Translations under genes and position numbers: made by a program | Part shown: in pieces, positions 1-10,713 of the stretch | How the letters are laid out: each line of letters starts with the position of its first letter | Numbering within the stretch: the stretch's first letter is position 1 | Notes under the pieces: model-generated | What the model was told of the DNA's origin: nothing | What the model saw: the letters and a program-made list of their open reading frames with translations, nothing else | Databases searched by the model: none | Assembly: GCA_046563655.1 (NCBI GenBank) | Contig: CM102290.1 | Location: forward strand, 2,790,001 to 2,854,000 | Reading direction: 5' to 3' | Origin: Yuukianura sp. NJ FZ-2021 | Taxonomy: Eukaryota | Length of the DNA: 64,000 bases

Positions 1-759
1 CTCCTCCACGCAAAACCTCGGATTGAGAAAACGGCCCGTCTATAGATACTAGATACATAGGTAGTTTCTTTAAAAAATTTAAAAGAAAGAACAAGAAAGA
101 CAATTTTCCCAACGTTTCTTAACACGAGAAAATCCTCTAATGAAAAGATGGCTACAAGTTTGTCCAGAAAAGGTCGACAACTTATTTATGCAAAATAAAA
201 TTCAATTTCCTTTAAACTTTTCTGTCCATTTCTTTTCTGAGTTTGAGCATAATAAAATTTTTCAAATGGAAAAATGAAAAAGAACGCAGTAGGCACAATG
301 TTATTGGAATCCTTTCAAAAATATTCAACCGTACAATTAAATTTTGTCTACTTTTCTGTGAAAAAGAATTCAAAAAACATTTTTTACCCAAGTTTCTTTG
401 TTAAAAGCTGTTCCGTTTGAACAAGCTTTCAGAGATTCTTTGAGTCGCTACACCTTCTGACATTTCCATTTTTTCTGCTTGTACTAACTCTTTACAGTGA
501 AAGCATTTTTGACTTTGTAGAGAATAATTCTTGTGCTTTCAAAAAAAAATTCTTTCTTTTTTGAAAAAAAAAACACAACAGCTTTCCTTCCGTTTTGGGT
601 AAGGTTAAAAGGAAGAGTTGGATAGCCTACCTTTTGCTCTAAACCAACCAAAAAGAAAAGCCAGAAAATACTTTCGTAATGAAATGCTTTGGGAAGTGAC
701 GGACTGCGAAAGTTTTTACTTTTGTTAGAAGTAAAAATTCCTTGTTTTTTAAATTCTAG

Positions 760-3700
760 ATATCCCCGCTCAGGCCATTCTGGAACTTTTTGGCAACATG
801 TTCTTCGAATTTTGTGTCGAATCTGGATATGATAGAATTCTTCAAGTACTGGGAGCGACGCCTCGTGACTTTCTGCAGGTAATTCCAAAAACACGAAAAA
901 TTATTACTTGGTCTATACTTCATTTGAACATGTTTGAACAGAATTTAGACGCACTACACGATCACTTGTCAACAATTTACCCTGGAATGAAGGCTCCTTC
1001 ATTTCGATGTACAGAGAGACCTGAAGATGGAGGACTCGTGCTTCATTACTACTCTGATAGACCTGGACTCGAGTCCATTGTGATTGGAATTGTGAAGGTA
1101 CGGTTTTCCAAAACTAAAATGTCTAAACGTATTTGAACAAAATGCTCAATTTCTTTTCAAAAAGAGATTTCAAAATTCAAAATGACTTTTCAGTTGGTCT
1201 GTTTGGACCAGAGCTATAAGTAAGATTAGGCGTCTAAAACTGATTTGAATGTGGTAGATAGGAAGTGGACTTTTTGTTTCTAGTGGATACTGAAGTAGGC
1301 CCATGGGGCAGATTAGGCTTTTGACTTTCCCCAACTTCCTGTTTTAGTCAAAAACCCATTCCTCAGACGCTTATTTCAGACTTATGAAAATGTTAAGGAA
1401 GAAGAAACGCTTTCTTGTGCTCATTCCAAACTTGTAATTGAGTTTTAGAAACGATAATCGACTGCTTTAAGTTTTAACGAACTTTCTAGCCCACCTTTCA
1501 AAAAAATGTTACGCTGATCTATTTTTTAAGACCAAGTTTAACTAACAACGTGGCACAACCTAGCCTGTCTGCGCTTTTAACTTATGATGACGTGAGTTTT
1601 AAGCTAAACTTTTCTCAAAATTATTACTATTTTCGAAATTCCTTTCTCAAAAACCTAGAAAGGAATCAAAGGCGAGGTTTTTCCTTATCATAACTTCTTA
1701 AGATTGTCTACTAGTTCATGTATGTTTTATTGATATGTCTAGTGCGGTTGAATAGTATACCTCTGTGTTAGCTTAAGATGATCTTCATTTTTAATCAAAA
1801 AGTTGTTTTTTTTTCTAATTTAAAAAAAAATTCCAAGTTTGAATGAGCTTCAGGATACTTGGCTTTTTCAAGAGAAGGAAATTGAAGAAGAGGGAAAGTG
1901 GAAGAAGTTGTGGAGGTGTTCCGGTGTTGCCTACAGCACAAAACCAAACTAGAATTAAACATTTCTTGGAGTGCTACTAAGGAAAAGCGACAGCATCTAG
2001 GAAACAAGAGCTCCGAGGCCCCCTTTTACTTTTTGATGTTGAAACAACGGATTTTTGCGGGGTTGGTAGAGAAAGGAAAACAAAAGTTTAGAATCCCTAC
2101 GGGATTTTCAATTGATCTCCAGAATGCTTTATCCCAAAAACAAGATTCAAACATTCTTATTTGTAGCTCAAAGAGTCTAACTCAGTTTAGCAGTTTTTTC
2201 TTCACAACTTTGACAAAAACAATTCGTCACTTTTCTTTTTAAAAAAAAAGGAAACGGAAACTTTCTAGGAAAAAATTTGAAAAATTTAACTTTTGTCTCC
2301 CGCCAGATTACGTCTTTTTTCCCTTCCACGAAAGTTTGGCTAGTGTTGAAATGTTATCAGTCAACTTTTAGTCCTTTTAGACAAGTATTCGTTTGAGATT
2401 GTGCTATAAGTCGTCGGAGCGTGGTTTGTTTTTCGATGATTTCCTCGGAGCGACACGACTTAGCGTTGGTTATGTGGTTGGCATAGGGTATTAGCGTTCC
2501 TATGGTTGTAATTTTGTAGAATCAGATATGAAAGAGCTTCATTCGGATTTTGATTCCTGCTTGATGTGATTTCTTCTGCTCAATTTGCACTCGAACTGCG
2601 CAGAACTTCCAACTGCTGCTTGTGAACAGAATGCAAAATGTTGGTTTTAGAACATTTAAAACTTTTCCGCTTATAGAGAAAATTTTAGAGGCGTGGGATT
2701 CTAAATTATTTGTTTGGGATTGCCACTTTAGTGCAGACGCCACTTCCTCAGAGCGAATTTTAATTCGAGATTTTCAGTTTACCAGTGTCTGTGTTAACTT
2801 TGAGTCGATGAGTCGATTGAGCTAATTAAATTGAACCTTAACTTCAGTTTGGTAGAAAAAAAATGAAAGTTTGATTTTAATTTTTTAAGTTATTTAATGT
2901 TTGTTTTTTTCGAAAGTAGAAAAAGCGCTAGACGTTCTCTACGATGAAAGTGTGAACAAACGGAGCGCTGCGGACATTAGGTTCCGGAGGTTGTGTGAAC
3001 GTGTGTAAGTCCAGAACGAAGTAAATTTCTGTGTCCACTTTGAAGTTGATTCTGCGTAGAATTTATGAGGGTTTTGAAACAATTGAAGTGGTCCTTAAGT
3101 CTAGCTAAAGCTGAGCATTATGCTCCACTTTCTCCGTCTCTACATTTTATTGGATTCAATTAAGACTTCTTCCCGCTTTTCTACCGCCTCCTAAAACAAT
3201 CCCATTCCAATCTTAGTACTTCTAAAGCCTCTATCCCCTCATTCTTTTTCCTCATTCCACTTTCTCTTTTCACAATCTCCGTTTCCTTTCTAAAAGAAAA
3301 TATAAATCAACCTGCAACAGCTCATTCTTCAAAAAAACGCTTTCTACAATTTAAATTTACTTTACAAAAAATAATTTATTTCCTCAATTCCGAATCCTAT
3401 TTTCCCTAAAACATCTTAACTTTCAAAATAAACTTCGGAAATCTCCTCTTTTTTCCACAACTTTCGTTCTAAAAATAGTTTTTATCCGCGTAGATTTTAT
3501 CTTGTAAAATGCATTTTCACGCCGGAATGGTACTATGTTTAGTCAAGGGAAAAGCGTTCGGAACTTAGAAAAAGGATTTATAAGTGTCACACTTTAAGAC
3601 AAAACCTACGCAAAGTGCTGGAAATGATTGTCAACAGAATAGAAAACGGTGTTGGAAAGTATTCTAAAAGAAAAAGTTTGAAAAAAAACTCATTTGGGCG

Positions 3701-6700
3701 AAATTTTCAAGTTCCTTTTCTAATCGATTATTGTTTTTTGTCTTGTGAAGGCCGTTGCAAGTAAACTGCATGGAACAGAAGTGGAAGTGTCAGTTCTTCA
3801 GTCAAAGTACGAAGTTGTAGGAGCAGATCATGTTCAATTTTTGATCTCTGAGAAGAAGGATGTGAATTGTAAGGAAGAACTCCTCATTTCCCCCGATGCC
3901 TTAACACAGACGAACTTTCCCTTTCTTTCCTCCGGTAAGTTTCTAATTAATCTCTGTCACATTTCACTTTTGTTCTGCCTCAAAAACCATCACATGCTTC
4001 CTCATCGAACCAAAGAAAAACAACGTGCTAGAGCAGAAGCATTGCGAGATTCCTGGTTCCCTCATCACACTTTTTACGTTCTTGTTCTAAACGTGAGTAA
4101 TAGCTACAATATGAAAAAGGAGATAGAAAAATGTTTGGTTCTTGATGCTTTCTCTTTTGTCACGTCACGTAAAGTTACGCTAGCTCAACCTTACACATCA
4201 TTTTCGCCATGTTGAAACAACTTTTCTGCGAAATGCACAATTTTATGAACTTTGAACTCCCAGGAAATAATCTTGGATGAGAAATGGAAAAAAAAGCTTA
4301 TTGTTGGGATGAGCGAAGCAGAAATTGAATTCCAGCTAGATCACAATCACAAAAAGTTGTTGAGATGCTGGCCAGTATACCGCGAGGGGCCATAACGATT
4401 GGACCTTCCAGAAAGCTTGATTTCACAAAACAATTTCATCCATGACTAGGTTACCACAAAAAGAAATTTATTTTTTCAAATTCGAACTTATTTTTGAAAA
4501 AAAAAAAACTCGAATAGGGACACAATGATGATTTTGGCACATAACCGTAAAAGTTGAAAACGGAGAAAGTAGAACAATGCTTAGAGTGAAGTGGATAAAA
4601 AAGGAAGATGAATGGGCGGGGATTTGAAAATGGGCGAGTTGGCGGTCTTCCCTTATTTTTCATTGTGTCATCCATCATGCCCAGTTCTGACATGACACTT
4701 GGCCCAATTGCCCAACGGTGGAACAGTGTCCACAGCAGCATCGCTTTCACGTTACCACTCCTGTTCCTGCTAATTCCAGTTTTTGGTTCAAAAAAATAAT
4801 GAAAAGATGAAAAATGTTAGCAGTGACCAGAGTTCCGGACTCCTTTAAAAAAATCTCAGAATTAATGTTAATAAACTTCTTACAAAGACGATATAAGTAT
4901 CGTCAGATCAAGAAGGACTAAGCAAGGTCTGGTTCACAGTAAAATTTTTATATTCAAGGGACCAGACGGACGGACGAACGGACAAGACGATCCCTATAAG
5001 TATCTGACTATACTTAATAAATTTTCGTTAAAAGCGTAGAGTTAGCTAAAAAGCCAAGCCAAATTCAAAGACTCAAAATCGCGTTACATTAATAGTGAGC
5101 AAGGTTTGTTGACTTGTGATTTTGTTTAAGAGGTTGAGTAGTACCTCATGTTTTTTTGTTCGATTTTGCAAGAAAAAGTATGTTTTCATTTCGGTGCACC
5201 GAGTCATAACAATACAGCCAATTTTTTTTAATTTTGCATACGAATTGGTACGAATTTTTCGGATAAAAATGGTGCTAAATTTGTACTATTTTTTTGTTAG
5301 TTTTTTTCGTCTTTTTTATTGTTAACAAGCGAGTTAATGCCAACCTGTTAAAGAAAATTAACTTTTCGTTGTCAAGGAACCTTGACAGTGAGTTCATTGA
5401 TATTGGAATTTCGTATCGAATTTTGAAGGACCAGGAAAGCTTTAGTGCCCAAAAAGATGGACTGGGGTAAGGCGAGACTTACCCTGATGTGGCCAAGATG
5501 CCCTTCAGATGCAGCCTAGAAAAAACAGGACTGGAGAGGTCATTTGAGCTGACATGGATAGAACGCTAGTTAAGGTTTCTGGGTGCACTGAAGCATAGGA
5601 TTCGCAGATTGACTTTCCATGTTATTCCTGGTTTTACTTTACTTAGGAAAGGTCATGATGACAATAGATGAACTCCACTTTTTCTTACTTAACGACAATC
5701 CCTTCATCTTTGTCTCCCAGGACTCCTGCGTCTTCATTCCCCTGCTTTCTCCCAATTCCAAACTTTTTCGAAAACATTACTCTTTGGTAAGGAAAAGATT
5801 TCTAAGAAAAAATTCAAATGTACTTTCGATTCTTTTGTTCTAGAACCAAAAATCAGTCCTGAGACATTCTGCAAAGCGTTTCCGTTTCATCTCCTCTTTG
5901 ATCGAAATATGATTGTTCGTCAAGCTGGAACTGCCATTTCACGTGTCATCCCTGAAACTTGTTCCAACTGCAGCGTACTTGATATTTTCGACATGGTATT
6001 TCAACAATTTAAAAAAGTTTTTTGAAATTTAAAATGAAAGAACGTTGAATTTTTTTTTTCAGGTGCGTCCACATATGGACTTAAATTTCACAAATATACT
6101 TTCGCATATCAACACAATTTACGTTTTGAGAACAACAAAACCACTGCTTGCACTGGAGTATGCCACTCCAGAACTTCTTCTCAATGAGCATTCACGTATG
6201 AGGCTCAAGGTTAGTCACTCATGTCAAATATTTTGAACTCTGATAAGATGCAGTGTCGAGTTTTGTTACGGCATTAAAAAATTTGAGTTTAGATACAATT
6301 TTACCCAAAATCAAACTCGAATTGAATTTTTGCCCTTGTAACTGTCAAAGAGCGGTTTTTGTGAAACGCAAAATCCTCAAAAGCGTTTCGCTTCCCCTGG
6401 AGTGCTTTGAAGTTGTAACTGCTATTCGGCATGTTGGCGGAACATTTTGAAATTCCCAGGAATGACAGAGAGTGGGAATACGAAAGTGTCGTTCCAGCTT
6501 GGCACCACTTTCCGAAAAGCTTTAAAGGACCATATAGTCTCCAATGGTTCTGAATTATGGATCCCTGGCGTATTGACGCTTCCGTGGCACAAATACAAAA
6601 TGGAGTCATCGGTCTCCAAGGCCGTTAAAGGCTTTTCGGAAATAGAAACTAAGGGTTTCCCGGACAGGAAGAGGGAATCATAAATTCGGAACCACCAACA

Positions 6701-8696
6701 AGATACGTTGGTGTTGAGACACAAATAGGCCAATTGACCAGAGGGAACTTCCAGCAAGAGGAAACTCTTGAAACTGAAAAAGTTTTCCCAGAATGGTTCC
6801 AGGATTACTCAATCCTAATTCCAAAGATTTACGGACTTTCACAGGGGTTTTGGGAACGACAATGAGTTTGGCTATAAATTCAACCACCTCAAACTCATCC
6901 TGTTGCTTCAAAATGGAAATTTAGTGGAGTAGATGAGCTAATTACAAATAGGCTACAGATTTTGCCGGAATTTGAATTTTCTGAAACATTTGAAAGTTTT
7001 TTTTTATTTTGATTTTTTGGGTGATATTTTAACCAGGGAGAGATGCTGTACGTGGCAGACAGTGACATGATGCTTTTCCTATCGTCACCATCAGTGACAA
7101 ATTTGGATGACTTGACACGCCGTGGCCTGTACTTGAGTGATATTGCTCTCCATGATGCAACGAGGGATTTGGTTCTGCTCAGTGAACAGTTTGAAGCAGA
7201 GTACAAGTTGACACAAAATTTGGAAATTTTGACAGACCAGCTGCAACAGACGCATCGGTAAAGTCGCTTTTGCTTATTAAATTCCCAAGGTTCTTTGACA
7301 ATCGAATTGTATTTCCTACAACAGGTTGTCCAATAACTCAGGGTTTTCAAAAATCTTGCTTCAAACAACTTTTAGCACCAATCTCATTTAGGTTACATGC
7401 AAAAAGTTACAATAGAAAGACAGATTTGCTACTTTTAACAACTTCTAAAACTTCGAGTTATTGGACAACCTGGTGTAGAAAAAGTTTCCTTTTTGTTTAC
7501 GAAGTTTGTTAAATTACCAAAATGAAGTTTTAGAAAACTGACAATGAAATTTATTGCTGCAGGGAGCTGGAAACTGAAAAACAGAAGACGGACAACTTAT
7601 TGTATTCAGTTCTTCCCGCCACTGTGGCCAACGAACTTCGTCATCAGGTTTGAACATAAAATTCAAAAATTTATGAGAATCGCCATTATTCGAAAATATA
7701 TAATGTAAATTAACGAAATAAGTAACATAAAAAGTTATTTTGCTTTTGACAAACAGAGACCAGTTCCAGCAAAACGCTATCCTTGTGTGACACTTCTGTT
7801 CTCGGGGGTCGTTGGTTTCACGCAGTACTGTGCCCGAAACTCCAACGCGCCCATGCGCATCGTTCAGCTTCTCAATGCCATTTACACCACTTTTGATGTT
7901 TTGACAGATCCCAAGAAAAATCCAAATGTTTACAAGGTAAGTTGCACAATAGTAATCAATCAACCTGACCAAAATAGGTCAAAGCTTAGCTAAACCCTAA
8001 CATTAATTTTTTACTTTAATTCTATTAGGTAGAAACCGTTGGTGACAAGTACATGGCTGTCAGTGGTGTTCCGGACCCTTGTTCTTCACATGCTAAGTGC
8101 ATGGCTGCTATGGCTCTAGACATGATGGATTTAACGGAACAAATTAAATACGAAGACATGGACGTCGTAAGTGTTTGCTTTAAAAAATTTATAACAAAAA
8201 TTAACAAGTTTTTCTGAATTCAGAAAATCACCATTGGAATACATTCGGGAGAAATCGTGACAGGAGTAATTGGTCAGCGCATGCCACGGTATTGCCTCTT
8301 CGGAAACACCGTAAATCTGACAAGTCGTTGCGAAACGACTGGAGCGCAAGGAAAAATAAACGTATCCGAAGATGCTTACAAGTAACGTAATACGATTTAC
8401 GCATCTGTGCATTCCATTTTTCACCATAAGTTCATATCACTTTCAGGTTGCTTCAGAAAGGAGAAAACTTTGATCCATCGTTTCACTTTGAAAGTCGCGG
8501 TCCAGTTCAAATGAAGGGAAAAGCCGAACCTATGTCCATGTACTTTTTGGCCCGGAAACCACCACAGATAGCCATCGAATCTCCAACGGCCTCTGTGGAC
8601 ATTGACCTGGACCATTTAGTTGACCGTAACCTTGAAGACGACAGTCTCCGAAGTGACATGACCCCTTCTCCAGAAGTGACCAACTCCAAAGCCTGA
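760..8696 (+). CDS. Gycbeta100B: Soluble guanylyl cyclase beta-1-type subunit (NO receptor; H-NOX, PAS, coiled-coil and cyclase domains); 5'-partial
   Basis: Exons with GT-AG boundaries and consistent phase: 760-878, 942-1097, 3751-3934, 5844-5995, 6063-6209, 7037-7257, 7563-7647, 7757-7936, 8029-8166, 8224-8381, 8447-8696. Motifs: NLDALHDHL (heme His105 equivalent), HYYSDRPG (YxSxR), [62 protein letters not shown] has Gly for the metal-binding Asp, as is typical of beta subunits. GLESIVIG has Ile at the 145-equivalent site, indicating the NO-selective type. The first ~60 codons lie upstream of the window. Confidence 0.96.
4830..5020 (-). mobile_element. Possible short non-autonomous Helitron/Helentron-like (DINE-1/HINE-type) remnant in an sGC intron
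   Basis: (GACG)n-like tract gacggacggacgaacggaca at 4965-4984; the minus strand reads ...tacttatagggatcgtcttgtccgttcgtccgtccgtctg. Small hairpin GACGAT-ataagt-ATCGTC at 4887-4904. The resemblance is from memory of the element architecture only. Confidence 0.3.
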
Positions 8697-8759
8697 CATA
8701 AGAAGAAAAAGCGCAAGTCCAAGGAATGTGGACCTTCGTCCTTCTGCTCCCTACTGTAA
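8697..8759 (+). other. Candidate stop-codon readthrough extension of sGC-beta: HKKKKRKSKECGPSSFCSLL* (polybasic + CaaX)
   Basis: In frame directly after TGA (8694-8696) with +4 C; ends TGC TCC CTA CTG TAA (CSLL*). Confidence 0.7.
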
Positions 8760-9308
8760 CATTCCTTGTTCCTAACATTCCTAAGCCACGTCAAATGTTA
8801 CATTGGTGCTAACAATGAGCAGTTACAAAGTCCACAGCCTCCAAAATCCAAAACGTCGACACTTCACATTAGGTCACCAATATGTTTCCAAACGGCACCA
8901 AGATCTAGGTCACTACCGTTAAACATTTTGTCCCTTCAAAATCAGCGCCAACTTACAAGATGTCGTTCCTCTACAAAACGACTGTCATTAACTTAACTTT
9001 ACAACCTAACTTGATCACAGTTGTAAAACCGTAAGTTGTAATGGTAGGCAGGTCAAAGCCACCTACTTGTCTCCAGAGCGTAAAGATTTCTACTTTGACA
9101 ACATGTAGGACGACAAGAGACAATCAAGAAGGGACATTTGGTCCGTTCCGCCTCGTCTCAACCAATGTCCTTGTCCCTACCAACACAATTTTTCATAACA
9201 ATGTAACCAGTACAACATAATAGTATATAAACCAAAATCATAGAAAAAATAACATTTTAACTTTAGCTTTTTAAGTTGCAACTGTAGGGCGCTAAAAAGA
9301 AGTGATTA

Positions 9309-9314
9309 AATAAA
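9309..9314 (+). promoter_or_regulatory. Candidate polyadenylation signal of sGC-beta
   Basis: AATAAA about 610 nt after the stop, followed by T/GT-rich sequence. Confidence 0.4.
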
Positions 9315-10713
9315 ACCTTGTGATTATTATAGAATTTGCTGAAACGGAAAGGTCATGTGAGGTCAACTTTGATTGTTTACGTTTTTGAGGTGTTAAGTGG
9401 TCACTTAAAGTCTAGCTAGAGAGTGTGTAGATAATGGACAGAACTGTTTAAACTTTTATGCTCTCCCGATCACCATCTTCCCCCCTTAGGTTTAGTAGTA
9501 TTTGTCTCTACTTTAAGTTGTTACATACAAAACAATTGAATCTCAACAGAATCTCTTTTGCAAATCTCTTCAGAATGTTTAAGGTTGACGTAAAGAGAAG
9601 GAGGGGGACTGAGGAGGCTTCCTTTGGCCAAGTGCCTGGTAGTTCAAGTGAGCCTTTTTGCACAAATCAGTATTTTGCAAAAGGTGAAACTGCAATGTGC
9701 TACCTTCTGTGCTCCGTCAATCGAGTAAAATTTTGCCACAAAGTTTCTATTTTCTGAGAAAGTTTAGACAATTCAACAAGTGATTTTCTGTGCAAATTTT
9801 TGTGCAAGAAACCTTTAGCGGAAAAAATCACTTTTTTGACATTGGCAATTTTTTACATAAGTTTTCCCCCTATTTTTAGTGTTTAGCTTTCTCCAGTTTT
9901 CCGAAAGTTCCAAATTTTGAGTGTTCTAAGAAATAAAATTTGAATTGCAAAAGTTATAAAATTCAAAGTGAGTTTTGACACTAAGCACGAAAAATTGTTT
10001 TGTAGCAAGTTTTTTTTTGTGCAACAAAACTTTTAGGGTGTAGCAAAAGGAAAAGTACTTTTTTCAGAAATTTTTCAGCTAACGTGTCTCCATTGTCCAA
10101 AACCAAGTGAAAACAACTGTAAACTTTTGTAAACAAAAAATAATTGAAGGAAAAAATGGCATGAAAGTGAACAATGAAAATGTAAGTTCCAAGAAGCCGA
10201 AAACGACAAAACTGTAAAAAGTGACAAGCGTGAGAGTAAGTAAATTATTGGAATTGTTTGAAAGGCAAGTTGAACGACTGTTAATAATTGTTGAATCCAT
10301 TGTTATCCTAAGACAACAAAAGGATTTTGTAATTTTTATACTTCGTTGTCGTAAGGCTGTGACAACGGAAAACATCATCTCTTTCACATTCACTTCAAAA
10401 CTGAAATTAAGAACCGAAACACATCAAAAAATTTAAAAAAGAAAAGAAAAAAAAGCCGTTATATTTGTTTTTTATCTTTGTGCAAATATTGAGAAATCTT
10501 ACTACAACTTGTGGTTTACTGCTTTAGTTTTCTTTAAACTTGATTGTTTCTTATTCTCAATAATAATCTGTCAATTTTTTAAAAAACTTTTTTAAAAAAA
10601 TTTTTTTTAATTATTTTTTGAATTTTAGCCAACTTCGAACAGTCACAACACAATTCTACAAGCAGGAAAGAATTTAGCAACGCTGTCAACCGGAATAGAA
10701 TCGACATTTCAAA

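Noticed and set aside
6253..6911. Cluster of overlapping short ORFs in an sGC intron
   Set aside because: No recognisable domain, and the sGC protein is complete without them (MRLK|GEM joins directly).
8694..8696. UGA as selenocysteine
   Set aside because: The position is in a disordered tail with no catalytic Cys homologue, and no SECIS was recognisable by eye; not formally excluded.
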